From: Chrysomallon squamiferum
Taxonomy: Eukaryota; Animalia; Mollusca
Assembly: GCA_012295275.1 (NCBI GenBank)
Contig: CM022668.1
Span: 16,306,001 to 16,370,000 of the forward strand
Direction of reading: 5' to 3'
Length of the DNA stretch: 64,000 nt
Each line of letters starts with the position of its first letter. The first letter of the stretch is position 1. This document shows, piece by piece, positions 1-55,345 of this stretch. The translations under genes and the position numbers were made by a program. The notes beneath the pieces were generated by a model. The model was given only the letters and a program-made list of their open reading frames with translations, had not been told where the DNA came from and searched no databases.

Positions 1-178
1 TTTTTTTTTTTCAAGAAATGTGAGTTGTAATGTCTCATACATAGAGTAAAAAAAAAAAAAAATAAAAAAAGAATGTTTATAAAAACTACAAATTTAAATA
101 TTAAAATATTTTAAATGTTAAATATATTCCTTAGAAAGATTTAAACGCTGAAATGTATATTTGAAAATAATATATGTA

Positions 179-211
<33 letters not shown>

Positions 212-409
212 TGTTAGAATGATTCGCCAATTTAATATAATTTCTAATATGTTAGAATAGTTTGTCTTATATATATATATATATATACAACGGTATGTTT
301 TTTGTTAAAATATGCAGTAAAATCGTACATTTGTATAAAATATATTTAAAAGTGTTTTATGTGTTTTATTTATTAGAATTGTGTATTTGTGTATTAAACA
401 GTATTAGAT

Positions 410-660
410 GGTCGTGTTCATAGAACGTGTTATAATTCTGGTCGTTTTTGTGGAACCTGTTTTTGATGTTGGTCGCATTCAAGTTACGTAATTCAATATT
501 GGTCGTTTACAAGTAACCTAATTCAGTTTTCATCTTATTCAAGTAATGTAATTCAATGTTGGTCATATTCGAGTATATGAATTTAATGTTAGTCGTATTC
601 AGTAACTTATTTTAAATTCAGTCATACTTAATTAAGATATTTTAATTTTTGGCTCTGCTG
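410..660. repeat. Degenerate ~30-bp tandem repeat (consensus ~TTGGTCGTATTCAAGTAACGTAATTCAATG)
   Basis: Recurring GGTCGTATTC/AAGTAACGTAATT-like units at ~30-bp spacing. A related array lies at ~4800-5060. Confidence 0.55.
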
Positions 661-1105
661 AAATAACGTATTTAAACACGTATTGTTCTGCATATGACGG
701 TAGTATTGAAAATGTTGTAAACAAATATCTCTCTTTTACGTCCAATACCTGTATTACTGCTGTACTTCAACAAAACGTGTCCAGATTACTCTAACTGAAA
801 TTCAATTAAATGTTCTCTTCACTGATGAAATCTGAGAGAGATAATTCTGCTGCTGGAAATGACAATGAAACGAAAGGACCCAGTTCTGTGGTTAGAGCAC
901 TCATCACAGTAATGTAGACCACAAAATTAACCGTCTTAGTAATAACTCGAACATTTTACAATAAGTGATTAATCAAAGGTAATAACACGTATATTGGTAG
1001 TTTCATGAACAGACTGCTTATAGCCACGTGATAACGTACAGGCCATCTTCTGGTTTCCTCTCTGATTAGCTGCCTTCTAATTATCTATGCGTTACCACAA
1101 ATACT

Positions 1106-1888
1106 CATACAGAAACACAAACATACAAACATGCATACAGAAACACAAACATACAAACATGCATACAGAAACACAAACATACAAACATTCATACAGAAAC
1201 ACAAACATACAAACATGCATACAGAAACACAAACATACAAACATGCATACAGAAACACAAACATACAAACATTCATACAGAAACACAAACATACAAACAT
1301 TCATACAGAAACACAAACATACAAACATGCATACAGAAACACAAACATACAAACATTCATACAGAAACACAAACATACAAACATGCATACAGAAACACAA
1401 AGATACAAACATTCATACAGAAACACAAACATACAAACATGCATACAGAAACACAAACATACAAACATGCATACAGAAACACAAACACACAAACATTCAT
1501 ACAGAAACACAAACATACAAACATGCATACAGAAACACAAACATACAAACATTCATACAGAAACACAAACATACAAACATTCATACAGAAACACAAACAT
1601 ACAAACATGCATACAGAAACACAAACATACAAACATTCATACAGAAACACAAACATACAAACATGCATACAGAAACACAAATATACAAACATTCATACAG
1701 AAACACAAACATACAAACATGCATACAGAAACACAAACATACAAACATGCATACAGAAACACAAACATACAAACATTCATACAGAAACACAAACATACAA
1801 ACATGCATACAGAAACACAAACATACAAACATGCATACAGAAACACAAACATACAAACATTCATACAGAAACACAAATATACATTCAT
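1106..1888. repeat. 28-bp minisatellite, ~28 copies (CATACAGAAACACAAACATACAAACAT[G/T])
   Basis: Near-perfect tandem units read directly. It explains all the overlapping ORFs at 1085-1976. Confidence 0.97.
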
Positions 1889-2035
1889 AAAAGAGAGGAA
1901 GATAGTAAAATACAAAAAAGAATGTTCATTAAATAAAACTTTTCTTTCTTCCCTTCTTGTGGAATTATCAGATTAACTGGGATTAAACAGAACATTTATT
2001 ACGCTGCTTTAGTGGGACTCTTTACACAGCTTCTT

Positions 2036-2200
2036 GATGTCCAGTGGTTAGAGCGATACTCTGCACAGCACGTCACTGGGTCGATCCTTGCAAGTTGCTT
2101 GTTACCCATTCAGACAGCTGATCTTTGTTTTGTTTTAAAGACCTGGTTTCTCGATCGAAAAGTGCGTATAAACGTCATTTCCTGGTAATGGAGAGCAGTA
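2036..2200 (+). mobile_element. Possible decayed tRNA-derived SINE fragment
   Basis: A-box-like GTCCAGTGGTTAGAGC followed by B-box-like GGGTCGATCC at tRNA-like spacing. No cloverleaf is evident. Confidence 0.3.
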
Positions 2201-3017
2201 GACACAAAACTATTAAAACTAACTTGGTCTTTTATGTTGTCAGTTAGTAAATCTTATACGTAAAGTAAGTTTTCTTATATGACGTAATAATCATTGCTTG
2301 ATATTTTGTCGTATAACAAATATTTTTTCTCTGATTCTTCCATAGTGATAAACATTTTTTTAAGAAAGATCCTCAAAGTATTCATTGTGAAATAGAATTC
2401 TTTAGACTGTCAGATACAAAAATAGAAATTCTTTAAATCAGCTTCTTACAAGCAAAACATTTCTTAAGTTAATGAACGGTTTGTCGTTATTTCTTTTTCT
2501 TCTTTTTTTTGTTCGTGTCTAGTTATAGTTTTATACACAACGGTAATTAGTTTTCACAGGAACATCTAATAAGAGATATTAATCCAGTAATCAGGTTTCA
2601 CCTTTATTTAGACCAAGTCCTGTCGTTCTTAGAAATACACACAGCAGTATTAAATAAGTGAAGTCTTTAACATTGCTTAACTGAGTCACTGTGTTCGTCT
2701 AATGCCACAGTTTCAAAGGGTTCACACTTGAAGTTAAAGCGTATCCTCTTTTGCATAACAGCAAAAGTACGATCTGCTCTCCGACACGAATCATAAAAGT
2801 ACGAAGCAGGATTGATTCCTATTCCAATAAAAAAAGATGTGCTATTTCATACCACGCGTTGTTTTGATGAACTTAGGTTTTATGTTCTTTTAATTATTTT
2901 CTTCTTCTGTTTTAAGGCACTGATCGAATGACAGAGATAACATGATACATTATTTTTTGTTTTGATTCACACACAAGAGATTCGAGATTTGCTTATTTGG
3001 ATTACAAGGACTCGTAC

Positions 3018-3080
3018 TGCCGGGATTCGAACTCGTTACCGTGAGAGACTAAACTCATCAGGCAGCTCGTCCACTTGAGA
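3018..3080 (-). mobile_element. tRNA-derived SINE relic (Pol III B box)
   Basis: GAGTTCGAATCCC on the minus strand (3022-3034). The identical 13-mer recurs at 11780-11792. Confidence 0.35.
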
Positions 3081-3304
3081 AATGGTAGGAGTTAGTCCGT
3101 AGTAAGTAAAAGTCAAGTCTACTTACGTCTAAGATTATCATATTCAGTATCGAGGAATATTCCAATTCAGTCAAAAATCCGTTGAAATCCTCTTAAGTGT
3201 GTGTAATAAATTACGTTTTCATTTGATTACATTGAAGAAGAAAATTATGAGGGTTATGTACATTTTGAAACCTCACTTAAGTTCTAGTTTGTATAAGATA
3301 ATAA

Positions 3305-3353
3305 GAGCAACAACAACAGCAGCAGCAGCAATAACAACAACAACAACAACAAC

Positions 3354-3397
<44 letters not shown>

Positions 3398-3427
3398 TAA
3401 TAATAATAACAATAATGAATGAATGTA

Positions 3428-3462
<35 letters not shown>

Positions 3463-3465
3463 ATA
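3305..3465. repeat. Compound microsatellite (CAA/CAG/AAT)n-(AAAT)n
   Basis: Visible directly in the sequence. Confidence 0.9.
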
Positions 3466-3649
3466 CAAACTCCAGGTGAACTATTTTTGATAAATTTATT
3501 TCAACAACAACAAGACAAACTATTCAAAGTTAATGTAAAATGGAGGGTATACACAGTAACATCTCAACAACAAGTCTCACTTACAAATCTTTAACTTTGT
3601 TAAATATTTAATCTTCTACATGAAAGTACGTAGGCATCTCGCATTATTG

Positions 3650-3680
<31 letters not shown>

Positions 3681-4134
3681 TAGCATCATCATTATCGTTA
3701 TATTCATAATTACTTTTGTTATTATTAAATCATTATGATTATTATTATTGTTATTATTATTATTATCATTATCGTTATCATCATTATCATTGTTTTTATT
3801 ATCATCATCGTCAATATTATTGTTGTTATTATCATTATCATTATGATGATAATGATGATGATTGTGAATATTATATTTTAGAAATAATAAACAATAAGGA
3901 TTCATTTTCTTTACTTTGACAAGTCAGCTGAATGAGCCTTGAAACTATAATATAACAGTTTAACAGTTACAACTTAATTCCATCTAACAACATTGCACAT
4001 AAATAATTTAAAAAAATATTTCTGTTTCTGGTGCTAATGATTTTTGACATGGTAAATAATGTTTTGTTTTTTTATTTTCTCTACTCTTAAATAACGTATC
4101 AACTTACCCTGAGCAAACCTATCTAATTTTGTAT

Positions 4135-4252
4135 ATGTAAATGTGTATGTATGTATGTATGTATGTATGTATGTATGTATGTATATGTATGTATGTATGT
4201 ATGTCCGTACGTATGTATGTAAATACGTATGTATGTGTGTTTGTGTGTGTGT

Positions 4253-4322
<70 letters not shown>
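4135..4322. repeat. Compound microsatellite (TATG)n-(TG)n-(CT)n
   Basis: Visible directly in the sequence. Confidence 0.9.
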
Positions 4323-4326
<4 letters not shown>

Positions 4327-4799
4327 GCTGTATGTATGTGTTTGAATATCGATGAATATCAACACTGATGTAATTTATTTCAATGATAATTATGCGGATG
4401 GAATGAGTAATAAATTAACATAATGAACTAAATAAACAGTGGCTCACAATTCGATCACAAAAAAACAAAAATCCACAAATACAAAATATTAACAGATATA
4501 TGTACAAATATATATTAAATAGTTGACGTTATGGCACTAAGCTAGATGAGTATATGTACATTAAAACAGAAGAAAAACACAATTAATTTGACACATGTGT
4601 GTTTAGTTTTATGTCTAGCCATTTAATTTTAATGCATAGAAAATGAAACAGAATTCAGTATTAATTCTAACTTCTTTTTTTTAGTTGTTTTTATAAACTA
4701 AAATTATATTTGATAAAAAAAAAAAAAAAAAAATCTATAAAAAATTCGATGAATAAAAGTAGTGTTGATAAAGAGTATGATGTTATATGTAAAGAAATT

Positions 4800-5060
4800 G
4801 TAGTCGTGTTCAGAGAATTAGTAGTCGTATTCTGATGTTGTATTTAAAAGTGAACGAATTAATGTGTTATGTCAGTTTGGTCATATTTTTCTATGGGTCT
4901 AATTCAGTTAAAGTAATTTCAGTATTGGTCATATTCAGTTAACGTACTATGGTATCTGTCGTATTCAAGGTTCAATGAACGTATTTTAATATAGGTCGAA
5001 TTCAAGAAACTTTTTTCAGATATGATTGTACTTCGAGAAGGTATTTCAGCGTTTATTTAT
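4800..5060. repeat. Degenerate ~30-bp repeat related to 410-660
   Basis: Units such as TTGGTCATATTCAGTTAACGTA and TAGGTCGAATTCAAGAAAC. Confidence 0.45.
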
Positions 5061-5557
5061 TTCCATTTGTTTGAATGTAGACAACTTGTTTAATAATTGT
5101 CTATTTACATAACGTAATTTAGTGTTATATATATATATATATATATTTGTGCGTGTATGTGAAAAGTCAGTATATTTGATTTATTTATGACTGTTCTATT
5201 TGTTCTTACAGGATGTAACAAAGTTGCTGATATTTACTTGTTTGCGTATTCAAACAAAGTGTCGTATTTACATGCTACTTTTTACATTTATACAAAAGTT
5301 CAGATTATATTTACATCGGTATAGCCGTATTGTTCATATTTACATAACAGTACACATTTATTTATGTTTACATAACACTGTTGTTCATGTTTTTTTTTTT
5401 TAATTTCTATTCATACAGCGACGTCAGTAATTGATTTACAAAACGCTGTTCGTTCTGTTTTCACACAAACATTTTCCCTTTTTTTTTAATGTGAACTGCG
5501 ACAAAACGGTCGCGTTGTGTCGTACGTGAAACAGGAAAAAACTGTCGCTAACCGCGA

Positions 5558-46111
<40,554 letters not shown>

Positions 46112-46445
46112 TCCAGGTTGCGAACGGTTTCCTCTACGAGCACACGGACGAGTTGTGAAAAGCTCTTTCAGAGATCGCTGGCATGTTTCCTCAGCCTCGC
46201 CTACTAAAACCGGTCCACGTCACTCTCGGCCTGTGTAGCTGAGTGTCTACTCGACGTTTTGAAAACTGTTGCTAGCCCACGATCGAACGAACGCTGTCGT
46301 GCTGGAGTCGAGTGATTTCTGCTGTGAGATGCGCGCTGTTCGGCAGCGAGTCTCGCAAATTGAATCAGGCCGAAGCGAGAAAGAAACATCGCCGAGTGAG
46401 AGGCATCAATCAGCCCAGCGAAATCAGAGGGCGTTACTAGAGTGT
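46112..46445 (-). promoter_or_regulatory. CpG-rich putative promoter/5' UTR of the Trk-like gene
   Basis: A sharply GC/CpG-richer island in an AT-rich background, immediately 5' of the candidate first exon. Confidence 0.45.
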
Positions 46446-46448
46446 CTG

Positions 46449-47015
<567 letters not shown>

Positions 47016-47226
47016 TCCATTTTTCTTTCTTTCTATTTCTGTGAATCATCTATCTTTCAGTCTGATTTTTTTGTGTCTGTTTCCAGGTCTATCTATCTTT
47101 GTATACATCGGACTGTGCCATTTATTATTTCTCATTATTTTCTTCCGTTTGTTCGTCTGTATTCGTCTCTTCTTTAAATATTTTTTTATCTGCCTATGTG
47201 TTTGACTAATTTTTGTTTTACCTTAT

Positions 47227-47275
<49 letters not shown>

Positions 47276-47600
47276 TGATGATAATAATAATGACAATAAT
47301 AATAATTTTAATCGATAGAAGGACAAGAAACAGCTGATGATCGAATGATGGTTTTTATTATGTGTGAGAGAAAAGAGGGTTTGAATTTTAACTGTGTATT
47401 CGTCTGTGTGTTTTGCTTCAGAGAACGGGATTAACAAACACACTTCGAAATAAAGCGTATAAAGACAGATTTCCAAGTAAAAAAACCTCACATTAGTAAT
47501 CGATAGGAAGAAAATGTGTGTACTCGAGTGAAAGAGCCAAAGTTTCACGACGGCGTCACGTTGTTGAAGCAGCTGACAGCCGTGTTGTTGTTGATGTTAA

Positions 47601-48290
47601 TTAATACAAGTTTCCAACGTCTTTTTGTTAAATCTAACGTTACCTAAAACAAGATACCAAGTTTTTATATGACTAGTAACTGACGTTATTTAAAACAAGT
47701 TACCAGCTTTTGATATGACTAATTACTGACGTTATTTAAATCAGGTTACCAAGTTTTGATATGATTAGTTACTGACGTTATTTAAAACAAGTTACCAAGT
47801 TTTGATATGACTAGTTACTGACGTTATTTAAATCAGGTTACCAGCTTTTGATATGACTGGTTACTGACGTTATTTAAAACAAGTTACCAAGTTTTGATAT
47901 GATTAGTTACTGACGTTATTTAAAACAAGTTACCAAGTTTTGATATGATTAGTTACTGACGTTATTTTTAAAATGTTACCAAGTTTTCATATGACTAGTT
48001 ACTGACGTTATTTAAATTAATACAAGTTTCCAACGTCTTTTTGTTAAATCTGACGTTACCTAAAACAAGATACCAAGTTTTTATATGACTAGTAACTGAC
48101 GTTATGTAAAACAAGATACCATGTTTTCATATGACTAGTTACTGACGTTTTTTAAAACAAGTTACCAACTTTTGATATGATTACTTACTGACGTTATTTT
48201 TAAAATGTTACCAAGTTTTTATATGACTAGTTACTGACGTTATTTTAAATAAGTTACCATGTTTTCATATGACTAGTTAGCGACATTACT
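47601..48290. repeat. 46-bp minisatellite, ~14 copies (GTTACTGACGTTATTTAAAACAAGTTACCAAGTTTTGATATGACTA)
   Basis: TGACGTTA recurs at ~46-bp intervals from 47681 to 48236. Confidence 0.94.
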
Positions 48291-49085
48291 TAAACCAGTC
48301 ACAAAGTTTTATTCTGTTCATAACACTTACATTTCTTATCCAGTGACAGCTACTTACAAAATCTCGCACGCTTTTATCGATACATATCAGTTTCTCTTAA
48401 TCTTTGGTGACAATATTGATTTATTTGAATTCTCTAGGGGATTCATTAATTATTGAAGACGTTTGCTTCGACGAGGATTTTTGTTTTCTAAGTAGCAGCG
48501 ACACTTACTGATAATGTCTGAGTATATCTGATGTTGTAGTAGAAGTGGCAAAATGTATTGTTCAAGTTTTAATGTTAGTAAAACCAGCATCAGTATCAGT
48601 AACAGTTTTATTGTATCATTAATTGTAGTGGTAGTTGCCTTTCACAATTAGTTGTAATAGTAATATTTTCAGTTTATCATTAGCTACAGCAGTAGTAATC
48701 GCTTTTTGTCATTAGTTGTGGCAGTAGTAGGTTTTTTTTATAATGACCTGTAATAGTAGTTGTAGTAGTAGTAGTAGTATGTACATTTTTTAATCATTAG
48801 GTGCAGTTATCATACGAGTGAAAATAGCAGTCAGAAAACTTTGAAATAAAGTATTAATTTTGAATCTTATTTCTTACTTTTAAATGAAAAGAATACATTG
48901 TTTGAATATCTAGCTACTTTCACAAACTACTACTAGTTGGAACTGCAAAATATAAAACTGTAGAAATTAACATTTGTTGTTTTTATACTGGTGACATCAT
49001 TGATAGCAAGTGTCATTTAAATTTAATTAACATTAACATCATCATCATTTTTATTATTTGTGTTTCCTTCGTTCTTTATAGGGTC

Positions 49086-49176
<91 letters not shown>

Positions 49177-51289
49177 TTCTTTTTTTTAAACAGATTAATA
49201 TTTTCTTTTAATATATATTTTAAGATCGAACATTTAAAACCTCTTACTTTTTTCTGAAAAAATGTCTATATGTCTGTATTACATTACTAAATAATATATT
49301 CTTGTTTCTAAAAACTGAAATTCCCTCGCCAGTGTCTAATGACTGCCTATGACTGATATTGTACAAGTGTTATTTTTAAAGTCTTCTTTCTTAAAACGTA
49401 GTAGTACTCGTGGTAATAGTAGCAGTAGAAGCAGAAAGAGTAGAAATAGTAGTAATACTAGAAGTAGTAGTAATAGTAGTATTTTAACTAGCAGAAGAAG
49501 CAATAGTAATAGTAATAATGAAAGTAATAGTGAAAGCTGTAGCAGTTGGTGTGAAAAGAAACAGCAGCAGCATTTGTAACAGTAGCAGTAGTAGAAGTAA
49601 CAGTAGCAGTAGTAGAAGTAGTAGTAGAAGTAGAGGTTTAATACTGGTATTTATTATGAATTATTAGGTGCAATGGTGGTAGTGGTAGGGATATTGTTAC
49701 TTAGTAGTGTGAATGAAGTTGATGTAGTTGTAGTGGTAGTATACCTCGTAAAAGTCGTAGTGGTAACAGATGTCAAAAATCTTAAGAAGATCGTCATCCT
49801 CATTTGTCACGATCAACATCATCATCATTATTTTATGGTCAAAGTCATCGTTCTCATCATAACCTTTATCACCGTCATCATCATCATCATTATCATAATC
49901 ACTATCACTATCATAATCACTATCACTACCATCATCACATCATCATCATCATTTATCTAAAACCTCAGGAAGAGTAATATCTGTTGAAAACTGCAGTAAA
50001 GAAAATGTTCTCATTTCAGTGCAACACGTAGGCGATTGATCTGATGTTCTGACCTGTTTCCTTTAAGTGTGTCGCATGTACACGCACGCACGCACGCACG
50101 CTAACATACATACGTCTCGTAACTCTGGAGATTGAGATTTTAAAATGATAAAAACTTAGTTAAATATATGCAGATTGCTTAGGAGACACAAACGAATTTG
50201 TAAATGTCATAAATAGATTTAGTTCATAAAGCAATTGTAACAGTTACAAATGATAGTTATGTTGATTTACTTTCTGACGAATAAAAATAACTGGGATACG
50301 AAATTGTCCGTGAGTTTTCCATGCTATATAAAATTAATATTGAAACGAAATAAATAAAGAAAAACACACACACACACATACACACACACACATAAACACA
50401 CGCACGCACACACACAAATAAGTAAAAGTGACTGCAGTATTCTCTTAATGAATTAGGAATAACTTGTTTCACGAAATAAATAAATATGTCGATTTTTCAC
50501 AATGTGGACCTGAAAGGGAAAAAGTCTGTTGTGTTTAACTCAACGCCGGAGACTCACAGTCACTCCTACAGGTTGATTCCACGAGTACCAGAGAAGTCTG
50601 GCCTCTTTGCTTTATAGATTTCTGCCGATTCTACAAACAGACCTAGTTCCTTTCATAGAAAGAGCAAAACGTAGCGACCAAACAACCAGCATAAAACATT
50701 AAAAAAGGGATAAAAAAAATGTTAATGATATTTTATCTTAAATAATTAAATACGAAACTAAGGTTTTGTTTCGGATTCTAATTAATAAGTTTCTACAAGG
50801 TATTAAGTACTACAAGAAAATAATTTAAAAAAAATGAAATTAAAATTTTCTCTCCAATGATTTCGCTTTTGTAAATGGAACTGATGAATTATTTTTTTTC
50901 TGATCGCGTTTTCGTTTTTCTTGTCTCATTATTTCCTTCTTACGTGAATCCATTTATCGAATTAAGAAAAAGCGAGAATAACTTAGTCATTCACGTACAC
51001 AGTAAATTTAAAAACGAAAATTTCGCTTCGTGTTTTAAACATTCCCTAGATATACACTAACACAGATACACGCATGCATGCACGCACAAACACATATACA
51101 CACGGACTACGTCTGATAGGAACTCAAGTCTTTTATTATCGATTAACAAAACAAAGACGTGTTTTTACTCGCGGTCAAGAAACGTTTACTCAGATTTTCG
51201 AAACGAAGAACTGGACACCAGTGAATTAGCAAATAACCCGATAGACTCGTCCAGACATACACATTCTTTACAATTCAACATCTGTAAAA

Positions 51290-51875
51290 CTTACAACATA
51301 GACACAACAAATAAATAACGTCATACATGAGTAATATCTATACAATCAACAGCATAGTCGTCATATGAGTAATATCTATACAATCAACAGCATAGACACA
51401 ACAAATAAATAACATCATACATGAGTACTATCTATACAACTAACAACATAGACACAACAAATAAATAACGTCATACATGAGTAATATCTATACAATCAAC
51501 AGCATAGACACAACAAATAAATAACGTCATACATGAGTAATATTTATACAATCAACAGCATAGACACAACAAATAAATAACGTCATACATGAGTAATATT
51601 TATACAATCAACAGCATAGACACAACAAATAAATAACGTCATACATGAGTAATGTCTATATAATTAACAGTATAGACACAACAAATAAATAACGTCATAC
51701 ATGAGTAATGTCTATACAATTAAAAGTATATATACAACAAATAAATAACGTCATACATGAATAACATCTATATAATTAACAGTATAGACACAACAAATAA
51801 ATAACGTCATACATGAGTAATAGCTATACAATTAACGACGTAGATTTAACAAAAATAAATAACGTCATACATGAC
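51290..51875. repeat. 56-bp minisatellite, ~10 copies (CATAGACACAACAAATAAATAACGTCATACATGAGTAATATCTATACAATCAACAG)
   Basis: Tandem units read directly, e.g. at 51451 and 51507. Confidence 0.94.
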
Positions 51876-52202
51876 ATCATACCAATCGCGCATGAAGCAA
51901 GTGCTCTATATAACAGCCTGCAGGCGAATCGATGGTTAACAGAGAACACATGTAAAACGAAGCAGATATTCTTCTTCTGCTCACAGATGCCGTTAACGAA
52001 AGATCTAATTTCAACTGTTTGCCGTTCGAGTTGAGTTTAATGGAAAATCGTCCACTTACGTGAAGAAACGTTTCATTCGATTTTCCACGTCCTTGAGCGA
52101 CCCCACTGTGTCGTTGATGACATAACTTATACAAATTAAAACAGAAATCGAAATAATTCTATTTTCCGAAACAGGAATGGGGAAAAAAAATCTAATAAAT
52201 AG

Positions 52203-52373
<171 letters not shown>

Positions 52374-52440
52374 ACATATAGAACTATTTTTAGATCCATT
52401 TAGGCCTTCGTATTTACTATGCCTTCAATTTAATAATATT

Positions 52441-52476
<36 letters not shown>

Positions 52477-52713
52477 TAATAATAATAATAATTGTTTTTT
52501 GTTGTTGCTGTTGTTTTAAGTAGGATTGTTTTTTTCATAACACTGTTTTCATGAAATGTAGCACTGTTTTGGTATGAATGCCACGCTGTATGAAATTATG
52601 ATCTACACTGATGTCACATATATTTATAATGGATTATTGCAACTTAATTAAAATCCAGAATTGACATACGGCATTAATACTTTTTTTTTCTCTTTCTTTT
52701 TATTTCTTATAAT

Positions 52714-52745
<32 letters not shown>

Positions 52746-54078
52746 CACATTTCTCCTATAAAAGGCGTAATACTAAGATAAGGTAAGGGAAATAATTCCA
52801 GTCCATTTAACGACGTCATTTATTTTGACTAAGTAGCTGGACAACAGCAACAACGTCATTAGCTTTTAGACGCCGAAGGGTAAGCATCTCTATGAGCAAC
52901 AACAACAGCTGAAGTTCAGAACAATGTTTCCATAGTTTCAAAATTAGCAAGTGGTTACTATGGAGACAAAAAAATCTACATTTTAATGCTTCGTCAGTTT
53001 GATTGAAATCTTTTTAAAAAATCTAGTGACTTGCGTTAAAGAAACATTAAATATATCCACACACACGCACACACACACATACATACTCACCTAAACACAC
53101 ATTTACACACACACACAGACAAACATACATATATATATATACACATATATCTACACATACACACATATTTATAAAGACGCATACACACATTCACATCTAA
53201 ACACATACAAATTCGTAAAGACAGAACAATAACAACAAAAAAACACCTTTAAAACTAACAAACTCACAGAAACATGAATACATTAACATATACTTATGCA
53301 ACAAAAGTTAATACACATGCATATGAACATACAAAACTGGCATATACATATAGGCTTAATAAAACTGAACTTTTACAAATTTGTATGTAACCAAAACGAG
53401 ACGAAAAACAAAAACCAGTCTACACACGTAACGCAAAGGAACACACAGACAGAGAAACCAGCAAACACACAGAAAAATTACATATAAACAGTTTCCTATT
53501 CAAAACAAAACTTAAACCTAAAATGTTTTCCTAAACCTCTGGGAGTTTTCATGAATTTACCCACATAATCAAAAACACATTTCCATTTGTTCTAATGATA
53601 TCTGAATCCCCAGAGAAATATTTACATCCCCACAGACAAAGTATCATGTAATCCTATACTTTGCAATATTCACAACAAAAAATATTCTGTTAAAATATTC
53701 TTTAAAAGTTCAATTTCAATATTCATCAATATCTGTCATTATACAAACTTTAAAAAAAATATTTCAACGCAGGATTAAGCGTTTAAAATGCACAACTGAT
53801 GTATGTAAATATAACAAAACATAAAAGTAATGTGTTAAAGTAAAGAAGTCTCCTGGTAACAAACCGTAATACGAATCAATAAATCAGTTCTAAATGTATT
53901 GTAATGTCTAGTAGTAACCATTTAAAAAACAAAGTAAGCTAACAAATATTATAACATTCTAAGAAACATACATATTTAAGTGTAAAGACAAAATGTATTT
54001 GAATTGTAAGAAAATGCATATTTAAGATATATAACACTAACTTAGTGACTTCCCTTACATAACAAACACACATATTTA

Positions 54079-54115
<37 letters not shown>

Positions 54116-55251
54116 TTATATGATAGTGTAAGAAATCTACGTTACACTAACTTAGTGACTTTCATTACATAACGGTTCTAGCTGGAACCAGGCGCAAGAA
54201 TCTGTTTGTATTCATGCTTTGTTAGTCAAGAACAAATGATTGATTGCCTTGCTCCGGGCAAACAGGGGCGAGCGAGGTGGAAGTGTAGACATTTAGTAGT
54301 CACTGAAACTGAACTTTAATCTGGCAGACGAGGCTTGAATGTCTGACCCCAGAACTGACTCGACGATTCAGTTTGACAGAAAGAAAACCATGGCGAGATC
54401 TTTCTGTTTCATCACAGCGTGTCACTAGTATCGACCTTCGTATCGTCGTTTAGTGGAAGAATGTCTCACTGATTGCAGTGTCCAGAACGGGAGAAAAAAA
54501 AATCATAGTGAGTTAAAGAAAGAATTTTTGTTTAACTATTAGCTAAATATTAGCGAGCCTAAATGTCAACTGTTTTAGTAAAAAGCTATAAATGTGTAAA
54601 CTAATCAGTAGCTGCCAAAGAGGACAGTTTCATTTACAAACAATCACATATAAAACACACACACATATATATAGCAAATATAGACACATAGTTTGCAAAC
54701 ACAAATAATGTTTATATACCTATATTTATATCTATATCTCTATAAACATATACACACAGACATATAAATTAATTAATCATATAAATAAATGTTTAACAAA
54801 TTAATAATTAAAAAAGGCATTATTTTATTAACTATATCATGCATATTTTTGCACACTTTAACAGTCTTTTCGTTTTTCATTCTTTTCATTTTTCTTTCGT
54901 TCTTTCATTCCTTCTTCTCTCTTTTTTTTTTTCCCCAGTGTTTTTCACCTATTCACCCTCGTTCAATAGCTCTTACAATCGCTCTATAATCTGACAGGTT
55001 CTTGCACGTCACTAATAAAAGATAATTTCATTTTCAGATGTCACATTTTGTCATTATTTTAACGATTTTTTACTGCACATTTTGACAAATCGCTTGGCTC
55101 AGGTGGCTAAAACATCTCTATTGAACGTTTTAGGAAAAATCGTAATGTGAACTGAGTTCAGAATTATTGTCGTCTTGCCATTATTGAACATTTGTCATCC
55201 TACATTATGTCTTCATATTCATGTGCGTTGACTGTGAGATTATCTGAGACT

Positions 55252-55345
<94 letters not shown>

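Noticed and set aside
1085-1976. Long overlapping ORFs (267 and 281 aa) rich in H/T/Q/K
   Set aside because: These are translations of the 28-bp minisatellite in several frames, with no splice or codon evidence.
3018-3080. Possible tRNA gene (also at 2036 and 11770)
   Set aside because: Only B-box-like motifs are present and no cloverleaf could be folded by eye, so these are treated as SINE relics.
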